From Saprospiraceae bacterium (GTDB taxonomy: Bacteria; Bacteroidota; Bacteroidia; Flavobacteriales_C; GCA-002722245), in the NCBI GenBank assembly GCA_047631875.1, contig JBLIAZ010000002.1, positions 1 to 38,295 of the forward strand: a stretch of 38,295 nucleotides of DNA, read 5' to 3'. Below the pieces are notes generated by a model. It was not told the DNA's origin. It ran no database searches and saw only the letters and a list, made by a program, of their open reading frames with translations. Shown here one piece after another: positions 35,792-38,295 of this stretch. How positions within the stretch are numbered: position 1 is the stretch's first letter; every line of letters begins with the position of its first letter. The translations under genes and the position numbers were made by a program.

Positions 35792-36982
35792 ATGAAAATA
35801 TTTCAGGTTATTTTTGCCCTTATGATGTTGTTAAACATCAATGCTAATGCACAATGTAAGCAAATCAAGTTAGCTGTTAAAGCCATGAACAACAGTGATA
35901 TTGACAGTTCAATGGCAAGTTTAAAACTTGCCGAGGCCATTATCAAGGAGAACGGTCTTGAAACTGTAAACGAGAAATGCATGGCCAAATACTATTATAC
36001 CAAAGCAGCTCTGCATTTACTGATTGGACAAAAGGAGGACAGCGTCAGTAGTAAAATAAGTTATTTTGACATCAGTAAAAGTAATTATGAATTGTACCTA
36101 AAAACTAACAAAGTAGGAGATTTACATGACATGGTAATGTCAAATTTATTGAGTTTATCCATTGAGTATAGTAATGTTGGAGTGGAGTACTATCAAGTTA
36201 AAAACTTCAGTAAAGCTCTTGAATATATGGAAAAGGGAATATCCCTAAAGCGAATGTATCATCCAGAAAAAGCAAAACCTATTGACTTGTTTAACGCCAT
36301 GGTTTGTGCGAAAATGGTGAAGCAGTTTGACTTAGCATTGAACTACGCCGATTCATTGTTAGCCAATAAAAAAATTACTCGTGACGGTAGGATTAAGTAT
36401 TTAGGGCAAAAAGTGGAGATTTTAACCATTACCGATAAGTCAGAGGAAGCTCTTGTTGTGCTTGATACTTTAAAAATACTCGACCCAAATGACCCAGACT
36501 TAAAATTGGCTGAACTTCAAATATACTTGAACAAGGACATGAATACGGAAGCAATTGCGCTTTTGAATGACATCACAAAAAAAGTAAAAAACAGAGAAGA
36601 CTTATGGGTGATAAAAGGTCAGCTGCATTATCAACAATCTGAGATTGACTCCAGCGTCATGGCTTTTAGCAACGCATTAATTTTAAACAAAAAAAGCTAT
36701 TCTGCGCTGTACGGTTTAGGAGTGATATACGTTAACAGGGGAAATGTTAGCATTCAAAACATGAACAAAAGCAATGGGAAAGAAAAACTAGCATTTGAAG
36801 AAAATGTAAAGATTGACTTTGGTGTTGCTATTGGTTATTTAATGAAAATATTAGAATTTAAAACTGAGGATTTAAACTCCTTAAATGCATTAAAAATGAT
36901 TTATAATAGCTTGTCTGACGAGCACAATGAAAATCTCATTGACAAGAGGATCTATAAAATAAAAAATCCTATTTCAGAGTAA
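35792..36982 (+). CDS. Secreted tetratricopeptide-repeat (TPR) protein
   Basis: The ATG at 35792 gives MKIFQVIFALMMLLNINANAQ, a signal peptide. The rest is helical-repeat sequence with TPR-like A/Y/L spacing. The track start is a GTG at 35771. Confidence 0.7.
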   Translation: MKIFQVIFALMMLLNINANAQCKQIKLAVKAMNNSDIDSSMASLKLAEAIIKENGLETVNEKCMAKYYYTKAALHLLIGQKEDSVSSKISYFDISKSNYELYLKTNKVGDLHDMVMSNLLSLSIEYSNVGVEYYQVKNFSKALEYMEKGISLKRMYHPEKAKPIDLFNAMVCAKMVKQFDLALNYADSLLANKKITRDGRIKYLGQKVEILTITDKSEEALVVLDTLKILDPNDPDLKLAELQIYLNKDMNTEAIALLNDITKKVKNREDLWVIKGQLHYQQSEIDSSVMAFSNALILNKKSYSALYGLGVIYVNRGNVSIQNMNKSNGKEKLAFEENVKIDFGVAIGYLMKILEFKTEDLNSLNALKMIYNSLSDEHNENLIDKRIYKIKNPISE

Positions 36983-37063
36983 TTGTTAATCAAAGTTAAG
37001 TGGTGTTGGGGTAATGTGCTCATACTGGCTCAAGCTGAGCGAATACATAATGTCAATAAAATA

Positions 37064-37150
37064 TCATATTGCAAATACGATGATTGCTATGATGTTTGTT
37101 AATACTACAACTGCGATTCTTAGGTTTTTTAATTTGGTTGATGTGCTCAT
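37064..37150 (-). CDS. Speculative 28-aa hydrophobic-tail small protein
   Basis: Minus-strand ATG at 37150 gives MSTSTKLKNLRIAVVVLTNIIAIIVFAI, with TGA at 37064-37066. A minus-strand -7 box TAAGTTTG (plus-strand 37206-37213) lies upstream. Confidence 0.2.
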   Translation of the reverse strand: MSTSTKLKNLRIAVVVLTNIIAIIVFAI

Positions 37151-37276
37151 AATGAATAGGGTTTAAGGTTTATAACAGGTCAGTGTTTCTATTATAAGGA
37201 CGGAGCAAACTTAAATAGGTTGCTTTTATTGTTGCAATAAAATTAATTTATTTCACTAAAAGGTATTAAAAGCGTT

Positions 37277-37510
37277 TTAAATCCGTTCACCACGATGCGG
37301 TTTCAATGCATCTCGCAATTCAATCATCATGCTTTTATGGGTTATTAGGTAAGCAATCCAATGATTAGGCAGGACCATTTCATAATGGGCTGATGTATTT
37401 TGAACTTTTTTAGAGGCAATGTACTCCTCAAGGTGTTTCACGTGATGTTCCGCTATTTTTTCAGCTTCCACATTTCTAAAATCCCAAATTAGTTTGATTC
37501 TTTGTTCCAT
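37277..37510 (-). CDS. Hypothetical 77-aa protein, probably co-transcribed with the upstream DsbA-family gene
   Basis: An ORF with no motif I recognise. It starts 2 nt after the stop of the DsbA-family gene on the same strand. Confidence 0.55.
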   Translation of the reverse strand: MEQRIKLIWDFRNVEAEKIAEHHVKHLEEYIASKKVQNTSAHYEMVLPNHWIAYLITHKSMMIELRDALKPHRGERI

Positions 37511-37512
37511 TG

Positions 37513-38145
37513 CTATATTTCGTTTTCAGCTCTTATTTTATCAAAAACTTCGATAAAACTTTCCTTAGGTTGTGCGCCTTGAATCAAATACTTGCCGTTA
37601 ATAATAAAAGAGGGGACAGCATTCACACCCATTTGTTTTGTTTTTAATTCCTCTTGTTTGACAGCTTGAATGTTCAAAGAGGTGTTATAATTGGAATCAA
37701 ACTCCACATCATTGTCAAGGGCAATTTGTTCCAGTACATCCGTTGAACCAATGTTTTTTCCATGCTCAAAGTAAGCCGACATGAACGCTTCATTGAGCTT
37801 TAGTTTATTTTTTTTTGAATTAGTACTTTGTATCAAAGCATGTGCTTTCAAAGTATTGTGTGCATATTTTATTTTGGAAAAATCCATGCTGATTCCTTGT
37901 TCAAGTGCCACGGCTTCCAAACGATTTTGCATGTTGGTGACTCTTTCCAGGTCCCCAAATTTGTCAATTAAGTATTGTTGCAGTTCAATTGAATCCTCTT
38001 GAATGTCAGGGTTTAGCTGAAAGGGGAGAAGGTTAATATCGAATTCATCATTTTCCATTGCTGTCATTGCTGCTTCGATTCTTCGTTTTCCAACAAAGCA
38101 CCAAGGACAAACGACATCGGATACAAGATCTATGGTAAATTTCAT
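37513..38145 (-). CDS. DsbA-family (FrnE / 2-hydroxychromene-2-carboxylate isomerase-like) thiol oxidoreductase, cytoplasmic type
   Basis: 210 aa. N-terminal motif DLVSDVVCPWCFVGKRR (CPWC active site), VPSFIINGKY near the C-terminus, and no signal peptide. Confidence 0.82.
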   Translation of the reverse strand: MKFTIDLVSDVVCPWCFVGKRRIEAAMTAMENDEFDINLLPFQLNPDIQEDSIELQQYLIDKFGDLERVTNMQNRLEAVALEQGISMDFSKIKYAHNTLKAHALIQSTNSKKNKLKLNEAFMSAYFEHGKNIGSTDVLEQIALDNDVEFDSNYNTSLNIQAVKQEELKTKQMGVNAVPSFIINGKYLIQGAQPKESFIEVFDKIRAENEI

Positions 38146-38295
38146 GAGGTGAAGTTAGGGTTTATCAACTAATGAACGCAATATTTGACTCACCACCACA
38201 CTACAAAAAACTTTTGCATGGTGCCGTTTGGGTTTTTGAGCCAACATAATGGTGACTTGCTTTTACTGTGATAAATTTCAATTTGTGATTTTAAG

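Noticed and set aside
37014-37151. The 11-bp direct repeat as a target-site duplication of a MITE-like insertion
   Set aside because: There are no terminal inverted repeats inside the repeats and no other copy of the internal sequence in the window.
1-38295. Scan for tRNA/rRNA/tmRNA genes, CRISPR arrays, IS elements, integrases, and prophage or defence-island hallmarks
   Set aside because: No spaced direct repeats were seen. None of the intergenic gaps contains cloverleaf-like sequence. No ORF has transposase, recombinase or phage-like motifs. A covariance-model scan would be needed to exclude small ncRNAs.

Overview
This is an AT-rich, gene-dense chromosomal segment that looks like Bacteroidota, probably Flavobacteriia. 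Three things support that: a type-B T9SS C-terminal sorting domain, recurring TAnnTTTG -7 promoter boxes with no Shine-Dalgarno sequences, and many lipoproteins with a Cys-Ser/Thr lipobox.

Most of the window is housekeeping: panB, dnaK, purK-purE, secA, hemA, tgt, an LptF/G permease, a PpiD-like chaperone, a ferredoxin and an MscS channel. By eye I found no tRNA, rRNA, CRISPR array, transposase, integrase, phage gene or recognisable defence gene. I therefore cannot point to a clear novel island or system.

The best candidates for under-described biology are:
1. A translationally coupled operon of three lipoproteins, YHYH - MORN/YwqK-like - SCO1/SenC (9757-11706), possibly copper handling.
2. 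Two adjacent divergent paralogs with an unusual N-terminal OmpA-like domain. One of them carries a K/E/R coiled coil and an unknown C-terminal domain (30015-33058).
3. Phased TGACA repeats upstream of hemA and in the panB/dnaK divergent region.
4. A Tgt that lacks the canonical CxCxxC zinc site.
5. An orphan SF2 helicase with an unassigned C-terminal domain.
6. A 1250-aa T9SS adhesin-like protein with eight two-cysteine modules.

All family calls come from motif recognition in the supplied translations. No database search was possible.
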